DNA of 64,000 bases, taken from NCBI GenBank assembly GCA_965228855.1, contig CBDDIJ010000002.1:2525177-2589176 (forward strand). Direction: 5' to 3'. Numbering within the stretch: position 1 is the first letter of the stretch; each line of letters begins with the position of its first letter. This DNA comes from Candidatus Obscuribacterales bacterium. Its GTDB lineage: Bacteria; Cyanobacteriota; Vampirovibrionia; Obscuribacterales; Obscuribacteraceae. The position numbers were made by a program, and so were the translations under genes. Shown one piece after another: positions 40,855 to 50,955 of the stretch. Under the pieces are notes generated by a model. That model was not told the DNA's origin. It searched no databases and saw only the letters and a program-made list of their open reading frames with translations.

Positions 40855-42999
40855 TTAGTTCTTTACGACTCTTTTTAACGTCGGGATGATTTGCTTGATC
40901 TTCTTCTCAAGCTCTTCTTCGCTAATTGCCAGCGGAACAAACTGGCAGGCGACCAGGCGATCCTCGTGTTTCAGGTACACGATATATTCTTTTGAAACCT
41001 TTCCGCGCTTCGGCGAGGATTTGGATCCGCTGCCGGCGGAGTCGGTTTCAGCGCCAGAGGGTGATTCGGTCGCACCGCCTTCGGTGGCGGAACTGGTTCC
41101 TTCTGTGGTACCTGAGCTGGTTCCATCAGCGGTGGCGGAGCTGCCTCCGTCTGCGGTGCCGGAACTGGTTCCGTCTGCGGTGGCTGAACTGGTGCCGTCT
41201 GTGGTGCTGGAACTGGTTCCATCTTTGGTGCCGGCACCATCCGCGGACGATGTCCCGCCAGACCCTGATGCATCAGAACCTGCTACATCCGCCGGGAACG
41301 TAATCTCCTGAACAAAAACCGTATCCACATCAAGGTCCGGGAATTGGTCGGTAATGTTTTCCCAGTTCTGATCGCTCAACGTTGGAAACAGTTTCTTAAA
41401 CAAACTTTGCGCTGCTTGCACTGGGCTAATATCGGACGGCGAGATTTCGACGGGTGTAAACAACACGTTTTGATCCGTATGCGCTCCGTTCATTTCTTCC
41501 GACGAGCCCGTCAGCAACGGTGCCGGCACAGAGCTAGTCAAGTCGCCCTCGTAACCGACCTTCATCTTCAAATCTTTATCGATTGAAGAAAGTTGCAAGT
41601 AGTCTGATTGTCGTTTCAGTCTGCCGTACTCAATTTTGCCGTCGAATTCTTTGTCGACCGGCGCTTCATCAGTGGTTTCCGGTTTGACGACAATCGCCTC
41701 GTTGTTCTTCATGAGCATGTAAACAATCCCGCCCATGGCACCACATGCGATGACAATTGCGATACCAATCAAAAGCGGCAACGGAATTTTCTTTTCGTCA
41801 CTAGCCTGGTAAGACCCGCTCGTGGCGCCGCTGCGCTTTGAAGCGTTTCTTCCGCTCACGGACTTCTGCGCTTGCAGAGATTGGTGCGAACGCTGAGTGG
41901 TTTTCTTTTTCGCCGAAATCGACGACATCGAACCTGAAGTCATCTTCGTCGGCGCCATCGCGATCATCTCTTCCGAAACGCCCGCAATCGTGTTCTCCTT
42001 CGTCAAATGCAGGGATGAACTCAATATCCTGAGATTCCCCGCTTCGAGGATCTGATCGCGAAACTCGCGCATGTCCATTTGACGTTCTTCGGGATCTTTC
42101 GAGAGCGCCTGCATGATCGCGTCTTCGAGTTGACCTGGGATATCCAGTCCAGGTGCCACTTCACTCAACGTCGGCGGATCTTCATTGACGTGTTTCATCA
42201 AAGTTTCCATCGGCGATGTTCCGCCGAGCGGAGGTTGGCCGGCAAGCGCTTCGTAGAGAACGCACGCAAGCGAATAAATGTCCGTCTTCTTGCCGATGTG
42301 TTCGCCGCTGCATTGCTCGGGGCTCATGTAGAGCGGCGAGCCGAAGACCTCGCCGCTTGTCGTCAGTTTGTGAATCGTCGAGCCATCTTGACCCAGCATT
42401 TTCGCAATGCCGAAGTCGAATATAGTGAGCGACTCTTCGCCGTTCTTTTCTTTGCGAACCAGCAGGTTCGACGGTTTTATATCGCGGTGGATAACGCCTT
42501 GATCATGCGCATGCGCGAGCGCGTCGCATGCCTGCGCGAACAGCGGGATGGCGCGGTCCGGAGCAAGGTTTTTTTCGCGCTTGATGATGTCGGACAGCAC
42601 GTCTCCTTCGAGGTAGTCCATGATTAGATACGGCGTGCCGTTCGAATCCATGAGCCCATAATCGAAAACCGTGACGATGTTCGGGTGACGCAGTGCCGAG
42701 ACCGCGTTCGATTCCTGTTTAAAGCGCTGCAACAACTGCGGCACTGCGACCAGCTCTTGGCGCAACGTCTTGACCGCCACCATGCGGTTCATCATGTTGT
42801 GCTTAGCCTTGTAAACGACGCTCATGCCGCCTTTTCCGAGCATCGACAAGATCTCGTACTTATCAGCAATCACCATCCCCAGCATCGGGTCTTTTGCCCG
42901 AGACGTCATTGGGGAGCCGTCTCGCGGGCAGATCTTGAGACCAGTTTCGTCCTCGAACTGGCACTTCGCGCAAACTCTTTTTGTAGCCTTGCCGGTCAT
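40855..42999 (-). CDS. Membrane Ser/Thr kinase with N-terminal zinc ribbon
   Basis: CAKC...CPRDG; GKGGMS, VAVK, HRDIKPSN, DFG, YMSPE; TM; GAGGGG RBS. Confidence 0.93.
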   Translation of the reverse strand: MTGKATKRVCAKCQFEDETGLKICPRDGSPMTSRAKDPMLGMVIADKYEILSMLGKGGMSVVYKAKHNMMNRMVAVKTLRQELVAVPQLLQRFKQESNAVSALRHPNIVTVFDYGLMDSNGTPYLIMDYLEGDVLSDIIKREKNLAPDRAIPLFAQACDALAHAHDQGVIHRDIKPSNLLVRKEKNGEESLTIFDFGIAKMLGQDGSTIHKLTTSGEVFGSPLYMSPEQCSGEHIGKKTDIYSLACVLYEALAGQPPLGGTSPMETLMKHVNEDPPTLSEVAPGLDIPGQLEDAIMQALSKDPEERQMDMREFRDQILEAGNLRILSSSLHLTKENTIAGVSEEMIAMAPTKMTSGSMSSISAKKKTTQRSHQSLQAQKSVSGRNASKRSGATSGSYQASDEKKIPLPLLIGIAIVIACGAMGGIVYMLMKNNEAIVVKPETTDEAPVDKEFDGKIEYGRLKRQSDYLQLSSIDKDLKMKVGYEGDLTSSVPAPLLTGSSEEMNGAHTDQNVLFTPVEISPSDISPVQAAQSLFKKLFPTLSDQNWENITDQFPDLDVDTVFVQEITFPADVAGSDASGSGGTSSADGAGTKDGTSSSTTDGTSSATADGTSSGTADGGSSATADGTSSGTTEGTSSATEGGATESPSGAETDSAGSGSKSSPKRGKVSKEYIVYLKHEDRLVACQFVPLAISEEELEKKIKQIIPTLKRVVKN
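41080..41223. repeat. Degenerate 24-bp tandem repeat, 6 units, in the kinase C-terminal region
   Basis: Encodes DGTSSSTT-DGTSSATA-DGTSSGTA-DGGSSATA-DGTSSGTT-EGTSSATE. Confidence 0.85.
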
Positions 43000-43403
43000 C
43001 CTACCCCCTCAGGCTATTGTACGGGACGCGGAGCGATGGTTGTCAGTTTAGTTTCTCATTCTAGATAGAAAGTTCACTTTTTGCCAACTATGTCAAGCGC
43101 TCTGTTGTGTTGCGGCGATTGGCGTCAGCGATTTATGTTAGGTAGCTTACACAATTATTTCGATTGGAGTTTTCTGAATTTCATATCCGACGTTTTGAGC
43201 AAATGCGAGGCGCAGCTTGCGTTTTGCAGATCGACTTTGGATATGAAACGGATATGCGCGTTTCGCGACGTTCAAGACGTCGAATAGGAGTAGCGGACTA
43301 TCGCGTCCTAATTTGTGGTATCCATATGTGGATGTACTACGGCGCTCGAAAACGCCCGTCAGATCGCGGAAACCATTGACTACTCTAAATTCGAGGACCA
43401 TTC

Positions 43404-44102
43404 ATGAGATACGAAGTCATTCATCCCGGATCCAACGCGTTGGTGCAAGTGCACCTCGATCCGCATGAGCACATTCAGGCGCAAGCGGGAGCTATGGTCT
43501 CGCGGAGCGAGGCGATTCAAGTAATCGGCACGCTCTCGGGCGGCATGTGGCGCTCGTTCAAACGCTCGGCGCTGGGGGGCGAGTCGCTGTTTTTCCAGGA
43601 ACTCAAGGCCGAAAATGGTGCCGGTGAAGTTATGATAGCGCCGGCGGTGCCAGGCGATATTAAGGTATTGCCGGTGACAGGCGGTCAAGATTATTACGTC
43701 AAGAATGGCAGTCTGCTAGCCAGTTTTGAGAACGTGACCATTGACACCAAAATGCAAAAAATTTCGCGAGGTTTATTTTCTGGCGCAGGTCTGTTCGTAA
43801 TTCATGCGACGGGCACGGGAAGCATTGCAGTGAGCGCGTTTGGTGCGCTGATTGAAGTGCCTGTGCCTGCCGGTCAGAAATATGTTGTCGATAACGGTCA
43901 CCTGGTCGCCTGGTACGGAGACATGGAATACCGTATCGTGCGCGGCGGTAAGTCGTGGGTTTCCAGTGTGACGTCCGGCGAAGGGCTTGCTTGCGAATTC
44001 ACCGGACCGGGTAAAATCTGGATGCAGAGTCGAAATCCGGAAGCGTTTGGCGCCTGGATCAAGACATTCGTGCCGACCGGTGGTGGCGTTTCGATTTTCT
44101 AA
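43404..44102 (+). CDS. TIGR00266 / AIM24 family protein
   Basis: AQAGAMV, GGESLF, SGAGLF, VVDNGHLVAW, SGEGL, QSRN. Confidence 0.92.
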   Translation: MRYEVIHPGSNALVQVHLDPHEHIQAQAGAMVSRSEAIQVIGTLSGGMWRSFKRSALGGESLFFQELKAENGAGEVMIAPAVPGDIKVLPVTGGQDYYVKNGSLLASFENVTIDTKMQKISRGLFSGAGLFVIHATGTGSIAVSAFGALIEVPVPAGQKYVVDNGHLVAWYGDMEYRIVRGGKSWVSSVTSGEGLACEFTGPGKIWMQSRNPEAFGAWIKTFVPTGGGVSIF

Positions 44103-44162
44103 AGGCAGTCCAGGCACATTGTGAGTGGTGGCATACTTCGGTTTCGCCAGGAGTCGATAAAC

Positions 44163-45272
44163 ATGACCGACGAACTTATGAGGAGCGACGCGCCGCGTTC
44201 CTACCAGGCGCGTTTCTACCAGCCGAACTCCGGCGATTTCGAAGTGGTATCACTCCGTGTCGAGGGGCACACTCTTGTCACTGCCACTAGTAGTGGTGAC
44301 CACAATTATGAACTCTCTGACCTTAATCTGGAGCTCACCGGGCAAGAGGGCGATAAAATTCGTTTGACTCATGTTCCGACAGGAACATCGATTCTGTGCA
44401 CAGACAAACATCTCCTCCTGGACTTACAGCAGCACGGCGGACACGGCGAAATCGGTCGCGTAGCTAAAAAGGCGCATCGAGATCTCGGCAGTTTGCCTTT
44501 TCGAAACGCGGCTATCATCTGGGGAATCTTCGGTACGATCGTTGCGATCATTGCCGGCCTGATTTTCGGATATGATCCGCTCGTCAATCTGGCGATGAGA
44601 AACATTCCGCCGTCAGCCGAGGAAAGTATCGGAAAAATGTACGCGGACGATGAGAAACTCGACCAGAAGTCAGAAGAGTGGAAACGTGTTGATCGCATCG
44701 GGAAGAAGTTGGTTTCGAAGCTGAAGAATAATCCCTATAAGTTTCGGTTCTATATCGAAGACAAGGATGAGATTAACGCATACGCTGTTCCTGGGGGCAC
44801 CATTGTGGTGCTTTCGAAACTGGTGAAGGACGCGAAGAGCGATGATGAGATCGCTTGCGTCATGGGGCACGAAATTGGGCACGTAATTCACCGTGATACG
44901 CTTCGGCGGCTGATGCATACAGGTGGACTAGGATTGACACTTGCTATCATATCTGGTGGCATGATTTCAAACGAGCAAACTAAGGCGTTCATTCCCGCGC
45001 TGCAAAAATTGGAGAGCTTGAACTTCAGTCGCACACAGGAAGCTGCAGCTGATAAGACCGGGATTCGGCTAACGGTTTTGTCCGGCTACGATGGAGCGGC
45101 AATGATTGAGTTCTTTCAACGGCTGGAAAAGGATAGACCGCAGATCTTAAAGGACGCGCTCGCCATCATGAGCGATCACCCGATGTCGGAGGATCGGATC
45201 AAGATGATCCGAGTGGAAAATGCCAGAGCGAAGGCGCTTATGAAGCAAGGCAAAGACCCTGATCTTGATTGA
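44163..45272 (+). CDS. M48 family Zn metallopeptidase
   Basis: NAYAVPGG, HEIGH, FSRTQEAAAD, SDHP; AGGAG RBS. Confidence 0.92.
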   Translation: MTDELMRSDAPRSYQARFYQPNSGDFEVVSLRVEGHTLVTATSSGDHNYELSDLNLELTGQEGDKIRLTHVPTGTSILCTDKHLLLDLQQHGGHGEIGRVAKKAHRDLGSLPFRNAAIIWGIFGTIVAIIAGLIFGYDPLVNLAMRNIPPSAEESIGKMYADDEKLDQKSEEWKRVDRIGKKLVSKLKNNPYKFRFYIEDKDEINAYAVPGGTIVVLSKLVKDAKSDDEIACVMGHEIGHVIHRDTLRRLMHTGGLGLTLAIISGGMISNEQTKAFIPALQKLESLNFSRTQEAAADKTGIRLTVLSGYDGAAMIEFFQRLEKDRPQILKDALAIMSDHPMSEDRIKMIRVENARAKALMKQGKDPDLD

Positions 45273-45305
45273 GGGAGGCCGTCTACGAGTTAAGCCGTTC
45301 GCGTG

Positions 45306-46433
45306 CTATCGCAGACCCGGCGCCGGGCGGTAGAACGGAATCCTGTTTCGCCTGAACACGTTGTAGTCGAATGTGAAACTGACGGCTACATCGGGCTCCC
45401 CGCCTTTCGGAAGCGGTGGAAACGGCGCTGCTTTGTCGATAGCCGTCAGCGCAGCCGCATCGGCCGCCGGAATGCCAGCCGATTGTTTGATCTTCTTTTC
45501 AATCACCCGACCGTCGTGATCTATGCGAAAAATGACGGTCACACGCTTATTCTCGTAGACATGCGGCGGATGCCAATCGCGTTTGATTTTTCGCTGAACC
45601 TCAGCCATGTATGCGGAGTAATCGACGTGAGGATTGCGAGGGTGAAACGTCGAGATATTGATTTTGTCCTTCGTGTCCTGCGACGCGATAAGTTTCAACG
45701 GTGCAATGCCTTTTGGTGGCGGCGGAAGTTCCGGATGACCGCTGACAAATTCTTTGAAACGCAATTGTTCCGCCGCGTTTCCCTTGCTGTTTGGGTTCGC
45801 GGCGACGTTTTTTATAGCGCCATCCTCGTCAACGGTGAAGAAAACAGATACGCCCTGACTCACGTAATCAGTCGGCTTCCAGGCCCTTCGCAGAATTGAT
45901 TGTGCGACTTCGCCGTAAATTTCTGCGTGGCTCTTTCCCGCGGTCTTCGTGGCCCCGGCGACCAGTGCGGCGTTTGTTGAAGCTGCATGAGCAGCGGATT
46001 TGCTCGTCGTCGAACCTCTGTTTTGCATGGTGGCAAGTTGGTTCTCAACCGAAGATTTCAAACGGTCTAGAGCAACCCTGAGTTTGTTGTCCGGGTCTCC
46101 CGTTTTCGCCATCTCATCAATGGTGGCAAGAGCCTGTCTATATGGCTTTACTCCAGCGCCGAGCTTTTCTAATTCGCCGATTTTCTCTTCGATTTGCTTA
46201 CGCTCTGCTTCGAAGTTGAACACCGCAGGTGGTGGCATGTCTGTATTTTTGATGCCTGGTGCGGACGCGCCATTGGCGGGACTGGCGTTCTTGAGATCAA
46301 GGGGCACTTGCTTTTGTAGTTGGATTGCTATAGGTGTATCGGGCTGCGCATAGGCTGCCGGCTGATTGATTTTAAAGAAACCATTGGTTCCAGTTGCTAA
46401 CAACATGGCGATTAGAAATCTTGCGGTTTTCAA
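45306..46433 (-). CDS. Secreted protein with TonB/TolA C-terminal domain(s)
   Basis: YMAEVQRKIKRDWHPP...DAAALTAIDKAAPFPPLP...FTFDY. Confidence 0.85.
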   Translation of the reverse strand: MKTARFLIAMLLATGTNGFFKINQPAAYAQPDTPIAIQLQKQVPLDLKNASPANGASAPGIKNTDMPPPAVFNFEAERKQIEEKIGELEKLGAGVKPYRQALATIDEMAKTGDPDNKLRVALDRLKSSVENQLATMQNRGSTTSKSAAHAASTNAALVAGATKTAGKSHAEIYGEVAQSILRRAWKPTDYVSQGVSVFFTVDEDGAIKNVAANPNSKGNAAEQLRFKEFVSGHPELPPPPKGIAPLKLIASQDTKDKINISTFHPRNPHVDYSAYMAEVQRKIKRDWHPPHVYENKRVTVIFRIDHDGRVIEKKIKQSAGIPAADAAALTAIDKAAPFPPLPKGGEPDVAVSFTFDYNVFRRNRIPFYRPAPGLR

Positions 46434-46525
46434 CGTTTGAAAGCTCCTGGATTGAGAGCCGGTTGGTGCTCTGCGTAACTTTTCGTCGGGATGGACCGAA
46501 CGTTGACTTTACCCGAAGTCGAGGT

Positions 46526-46550
46526 CAAAAGTCATCCGCCCCGCGGGTGA
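46526..46550 (-). terminator. Possible intrinsic terminator after the TPR gene
   Basis: Minus strand TCACCCGC-GGG-GCGGATGA followed by CTTTT; stem has a mismatch. Confidence 0.35.
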
Positions 46551-46576
46551 TAATTCAGTGCATTTTATGGGCTGAC

Positions 46577-47701
46577 TCAGTTCCCAACCGGTTCAGCTTT
46601 CACGTCTTTCTCCACTCGAGCATCACTCGGTGGTATCGCGCTGCCAGCCACCATCTCGGACGCTCGTGTTTCCATCTCATCTGCAGCCCGCGTCTTGCCC
46701 ATTTTCTTGAGCAGTTTTGCATAATTCCCAGTAATCACGCCACGCGCGCGCCGGCTCACATCGTCGCTCTTCTTCGCAAGCGACAAACATTGCCGGTACT
46801 CTTTCTCCGCATCCGAATACTTGCCCATCAGTTTATGAATGCGCGCCAACTCGCTCAGAGTCACGATGTAATCGTAGTGATGTTCCGTCAAATTGCGTTG
46901 AATAATTTTTAGCGCCGTGCGATAGAGCGCTTCCGATTCGATCAAACGTTCTTGACCGCTGTGCACAAGCGCGAGATCGCCGAGTAGAAACGCGAGCTGC
47001 AGCTTATCCGGATCCGTGTCATCCAGGCGGTCATACATCGATTCCCGCATCTTGAGCTCTTTTCGAATGATCTCTTCGGCATCTGCAAATTTGCCTTGCT
47101 TGTAATAAATGCGCGTCAGACGATCCACAACCTGCACGAGTTCGTGACCTTTGCGCGTTGAGCGTTCATTCAGATTTTTCAAAGTTTTCAAATAAACCTT
47201 TACGGCTCTCTCGTCTTCACCCTCGCTCATCAAATGATCGGCTTCGCGGATCATCGGCTCGACTGGTTTAAACGGCGCACGACGCGGCAGCGGTTTCATC
47301 CGATATTTGGGTTCGACGTGCGTGTTCGTAATCGGCAAAATCAATTCATGCACATCTTTCTCATTGAGATTTTTGCCCAGTTTTTTTGCCACTTCTTTGA
47401 GTTTTGAAACGGTTTCAATCCGCCTGGGGTCAGTCTCTTTGAATGCGCTCGAGTGTTCGACGGCGGCTTCCAGAAGCAGAAGCTGCTTTTCGAAATCTCG
47501 CGAGCGTTCTGCGACTTTTGCTTCGTCCATAAAGGCTTGCCAGGCTACCGCGCTACCCGGCGTTTCCCACAGCCAGCCGTCTCGCTGGCGTTTCAAGTAT
47601 GTCAAATAGCTGCCGCCGGTCTCCCCTTTGGTCGCTGCGTCGGCATTTGACGCAAGGAGCGAAACCGATAAAAATGCAACGGTGAAATAGCGCAATCTCA
47701 A
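46577..47701 (-). CDS. Secreted TPR-repeat protein
   Basis: Signal peptide; kinesin-light-chain-like TPRs (YKQGKFADAE, GKYSDAEKEYRQCL). Confidence 0.87.
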   Translation of the reverse strand: MRLRYFTVAFLSVSLLASNADAATKGETGGSYLTYLKRQRDGWLWETPGSAVAWQAFMDEAKVAERSRDFEKQLLLLEAAVEHSSAFKETDPRRIETVSKLKEVAKKLGKNLNEKDVHELILPITNTHVEPKYRMKPLPRRAPFKPVEPMIREADHLMSEGEDERAVKVYLKTLKNLNERSTRKGHELVQVVDRLTRIYYKQGKFADAEEIIRKELKMRESMYDRLDDTDPDKLQLAFLLGDLALVHSGQERLIESEALYRTALKIIQRNLTEHHYDYIVTLSELARIHKLMGKYSDAEKEYRQCLSLAKKSDDVSRRARGVITGNYAKLLKKMGKTRAADEMETRASEMVAGSAIPPSDARVEKDVKAEPVGN

Positions 47702-47896
47702 TGTTTGATCTCAAAATTCGATGCCGCGTGGGAATTTTGCATACCTAAGGAGATTTTGGCACACCAAGTCTGAAATCCGGCAACCATCGGATTCTCCCAT
47801 AGATGGGGTCTGCTGACAATGCTTAAGGCTCATCTTTCAAGAATGTGATACTGTAGCCCTCCATTCGAACCCCTCCATAAGCTTCGGAGCACCATC

Positions 47897-49120
47897 ATGC
47901 CTAAAACATCCACGCTTGTCGATCCGCTCAATCCGCTCACGCCGGAGTTTTTGCAGGACCCGTATCCGACCTATCGCCAACTTCGCGAAGAGGCGCCGAT
48001 ATTCTGGAGTGACAAAAGCAAATACTGGTTGATCACCCGCTACGAGGATGTTCACTCGATTCTCAAAGACATGAGTTATGAAAAACAGCTTCAGCGCTGG
48101 AAGCAGGTGAATCCGATGGTCAAGATGATTCCGGAAGTTTCTAAGCTGATGGGAACGCGTGCAAAGTGGATGCTCAACATGAATCCGCCCGATCACACGC
48201 GTTTGCGTGGTCTGGTCAATCGCGCGTTCACTCCGAAAATGGTGAACGAAATGCGCCCCCACATTCAAGAAATCGCCGACTACATTATTGACCGACTGCA
48301 GGACAAAGAAGAATTCGATCTGGTCGCCGACTTTGCATTTCCGTTGCCGGTCGTCGTCATTGCAGAAATGCTCGGCGTTCCGCGTGAAGATCGCGAGCAA
48401 TTTAAGTTGTGGTCGCACGCGTTGACTGACACTCTCGAACCGGAGCCGAACATCGAGAAGATGAAGCAGGCTAACAAGGCGACCGAAGAGCTTTACGAAT
48501 ATCTGCGCCCGCTCGTCGCCGAGCGCCGTAAGAATCCGAAGAACGACTTGATCACCGCCCTTGCAGCCGCCGAGGAAGAGGGCAAGAAGCTGACCGAAGA
48601 CGAACTGCTCGCGAACTGTGTTTTAATTCTGGTTGCCGGGCACGAAACCACCGTCAATCTCATCGGCAATGCCGTCCGCACTTTGTTGCAGCACCCCGAC
48701 CAGCTCGACCTGCTCAAAGCGAATCCGGATCTAATAGGTAGTGCGATAGGTGAGGTGTTGCGTTTCGAATCGCCTGTGCAATCGACGCGCAGATTGGCGG
48801 GGGAAACCCTTGATCTAAACGGCACGAAGATAAACGAAGGCGACATGCTCGTTCTTCTCCTCGGTGCAGCAAACCGCGATCCGGCCCAATATGAGAACCC
48901 GGATACATTTGATATTCAACGCGATACTAAGAAACACATGGCCTACGGACACGGAATCCATCACTGTCTGGGTTCGTCCCTCGCCGATGCAGAGGCACAG
49001 ATCGCGGTCGGCACCCTTTTCAAACGCCTTCCGAACTTGCGATTGCTCGATCAGAAGATTGAGATTCGCACGCCGTTTGCCCTTCGCGGAGCAAAGAAAT
49101 TGATGGTGGCGCCTAAGTAA
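47897..49120 (+). CDS. Cytochrome P450
   Basis: PPDHTRLR, AGHETT, EVLR, AANRDP, heme motif YGHGIHHCLG. Confidence 0.96.
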   Translation: MPKTSTLVDPLNPLTPEFLQDPYPTYRQLREEAPIFWSDKSKYWLITRYEDVHSILKDMSYEKQLQRWKQVNPMVKMIPEVSKLMGTRAKWMLNMNPPDHTRLRGLVNRAFTPKMVNEMRPHIQEIADYIIDRLQDKEEFDLVADFAFPLPVVVIAEMLGVPREDREQFKLWSHALTDTLEPEPNIEKMKQANKATEELYEYLRPLVAERRKNPKNDLITALAAAEEEGKKLTEDELLANCVLILVAGHETTVNLIGNAVRTLLQHPDQLDLLKANPDLIGSAIGEVLRFESPVQSTRRLAGETLDLNGTKINEGDMLVLLLGAANRDPAQYENPDTFDIQRDTKKHMAYGHGIHHCLGSSLADAEAQIAVGTLFKRLPNLRLLDQKIEIRTPFALRGAKKLMVAPK

Positions 49121-49257
49121 AGCGCGGGCACCAACAAAGTGAAATGCTGCCTTGCGCCACCAGAGGGCATTATATGTTTCTCTTGACATCGAGCTCGAGC
49201 GGACCTAAACTGTCAGGTTAAGTACGCTCCGTTCGATTACCACGCAAAGCACTGTAT

Positions 49258-50028
49258 ATGAAAACAAGCCTGTTTATAGTCGGCTTGCTGTTTTGTCTGA
49301 ACTTTTCAGGCGCACAAGCGAGCGCGCAGCAGAACCCTGGGATGGTGACGCCAGCAGCAAACATTGGCGCACCGTATGCGGTGCCACCTCAAGTTTCGCT
49401 CGGAGCAGCTCCGGTGCAGATGCAGATGCCACCGCCAGCCTACGGCGGTGACCCGTCGCAGATGTATCAAGGGCAGCCCCCGCAGTACCAACAATGGGGA
49501 CCGCCTTCACAGAACTTCGCCATGCAGCCGCAAGTCTACGGAACGCCCCCACAGAGTTATGGAGCCCCGAACTATGCGACACCTCCTGGTGTTGATGGGA
49601 CACAGGGATACCAGCCGCAAGGCATGTCTTCTGGAGTGGCACCACAGGAGTCGCAGCAGGCGCAAAGCGGTTATTCTGCGCAAGGAGCCCCCGGTCCGGA
49701 CCCTGGCATGATGCAATCGCCCCCACGCATGAGCGCATATGAGCAGCAAGAAGCCGCGATCCGCGAGGCGCAGATGAGCGAGCAATTAGACGAAGTCCGC
49801 CAACAGAAGGAGATGGACGAAGGTTTCCGCCACGGCGTTCTGGCTGAGCTCGATGATAACTCGAAGTCCAGCGGCTCCTCCGGCGGATTCAATGGCGACC
49901 AAACCAAATTGAAGTCCGGAGTTGCTAAAACAAAAAGTGCACTGAAGACCGGCATGCGGTGGTGTGCACCGACTGCATCATACATAGGAACATTCTTTAT
50001 CTTTCGCGGAATGACCGGCGGCTTCTAG
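49258..50028 (+). CDS. Secreted Pro/Gln-rich hypothetical protein
   Basis: Signal peptide, low-complexity P/Q/G region, hydrophobic C-terminus. Confidence 0.75.
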   Translation: MKTSLFIVGLLFCLNFSGAQASAQQNPGMVTPAANIGAPYAVPPQVSLGAAPVQMQMPPPAYGGDPSQMYQGQPPQYQQWGPPSQNFAMQPQVYGTPPQSYGAPNYATPPGVDGTQGYQPQGMSSGVAPQESQQAQSGYSAQGAPGPDPGMMQSPPRMSAYEQQEAAIREAQMSEQLDEVRQQKEMDEGFRHGVLAELDDNSKSSGSSGGFNGDQTKLKSGVAKTKSALKTGMRWCAPTASYIGTFFIFRGMTGGF

Positions 50029-50855
50029 TCGTTGAGCGAGAGCACCAGATTTGGTGTCGGTATGTGATGATCTGCGCGCATGGGGACTATCGCCGTGCCG
50101 ACCACGAAGAACTCGATGACATTGGTGCTCCAACTGTAGTTGCCTTCATGAATGTCGACACCGACAATACCTTCGGCTTGCAGGTGCTCGGCTTCGGTTT
50201 GCATGCGTTCCATCGCGAGTTCACGGGCGTCATAGAGCCCTTGCGTGAAATTTATCATCTCGACGTTTTGTCCAATGTTCTTGAACCACTGTCCGACGGT
50301 TTGGTGTGCAATGTGATAAACACAATTGCCCATCACCATTCCAACCGGCCGATATCCCGATTGCAGTAATGTCCAGAAATCTTGTCCCGATAAATCGGAG
50401 GTGAATGCTTTGCCGTCAACGGTTCGGAAGTTCTTTCTCTGCTCCGGATCTTTGTGATGCACGGCTGTTCCGATCGCCACAAATTCTGCGAGGTCGGATG
50501 CCCACGACATGTGTTTCACTTTTAAACGCACGCCGACAATTCCATCAGCTCCAAGCTCTTGCGCTTCTTCCTGCATCCGCGACATCGCCAATTCGCGAGC
50601 GTGATACAGCGCTTCGGTGAGCACCGTCATCTCTTCGTTTTTCGTCCAGCGCGCTTGCTGAAATCCAATGTGGTAAATGGAGCTACCGACTACCAGTCCC
50701 GACGGTTCAAATCCGGCTTCTTTGATGAGTAGAAATTCGTTGACCGACAGGTCGCTGGTAAACAGCTTGCGATGTCCATCATCGCCTCGCATTTCTCTGA
50801 GTCGCTGCTTTGCGTGCTCCGGTAATTCGAAATGCTCCTGGTCGTTGTCCGGCAT
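50025..50855 (-). CDS. Tandem YbjQ/UPF0145 (heavy-metal-binding domain) protein
   Basis: Two FTSDLS...ARELAM.RM..EA..L.A.GIVGV...GTA domains; ATG 50855 with GGAAAGGA RBS. Confidence 0.88.
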   Translation of the reverse strand: MPDNDQEHFELPEHAKQRLREMRGDDGHRKLFTSDLSVNEFLLIKEAGFEPSGLVVGSSIYHIGFQQARWTKNEEMTVLTEALYHARELAMSRMQEEAQELGADGIVGVRLKVKHMSWASDLAEFVAIGTAVHHKDPEQRKNFRTVDGKAFTSDLSGQDFWTLLQSGYRPVGMVMGNCVYHIAHQTVGQWFKNIGQNVEMINFTQGLYDARELAMERMQTEAEHLQAEGIVGVDIHEGNYSWSTNVIEFFVVGTAIVPMRADHHIPTPNLVLSLND

Positions 50856-50859
50856 ATCC

Positions 50860-50897
<38 letters not shown>

Positions 50898-50955
50898 AAA
50901 AACTCGTTCGATTTCTATCAAGCCGATTCGAATATCGGTTGTCTCATCTCAACCA

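Noticed and set aside
46532..46550. Fourth copy of the ATCACCCGGGTGAT palindrome
   Set aside because: Only one half-site matches and the spacing differs; better explained as a terminator-like hairpin
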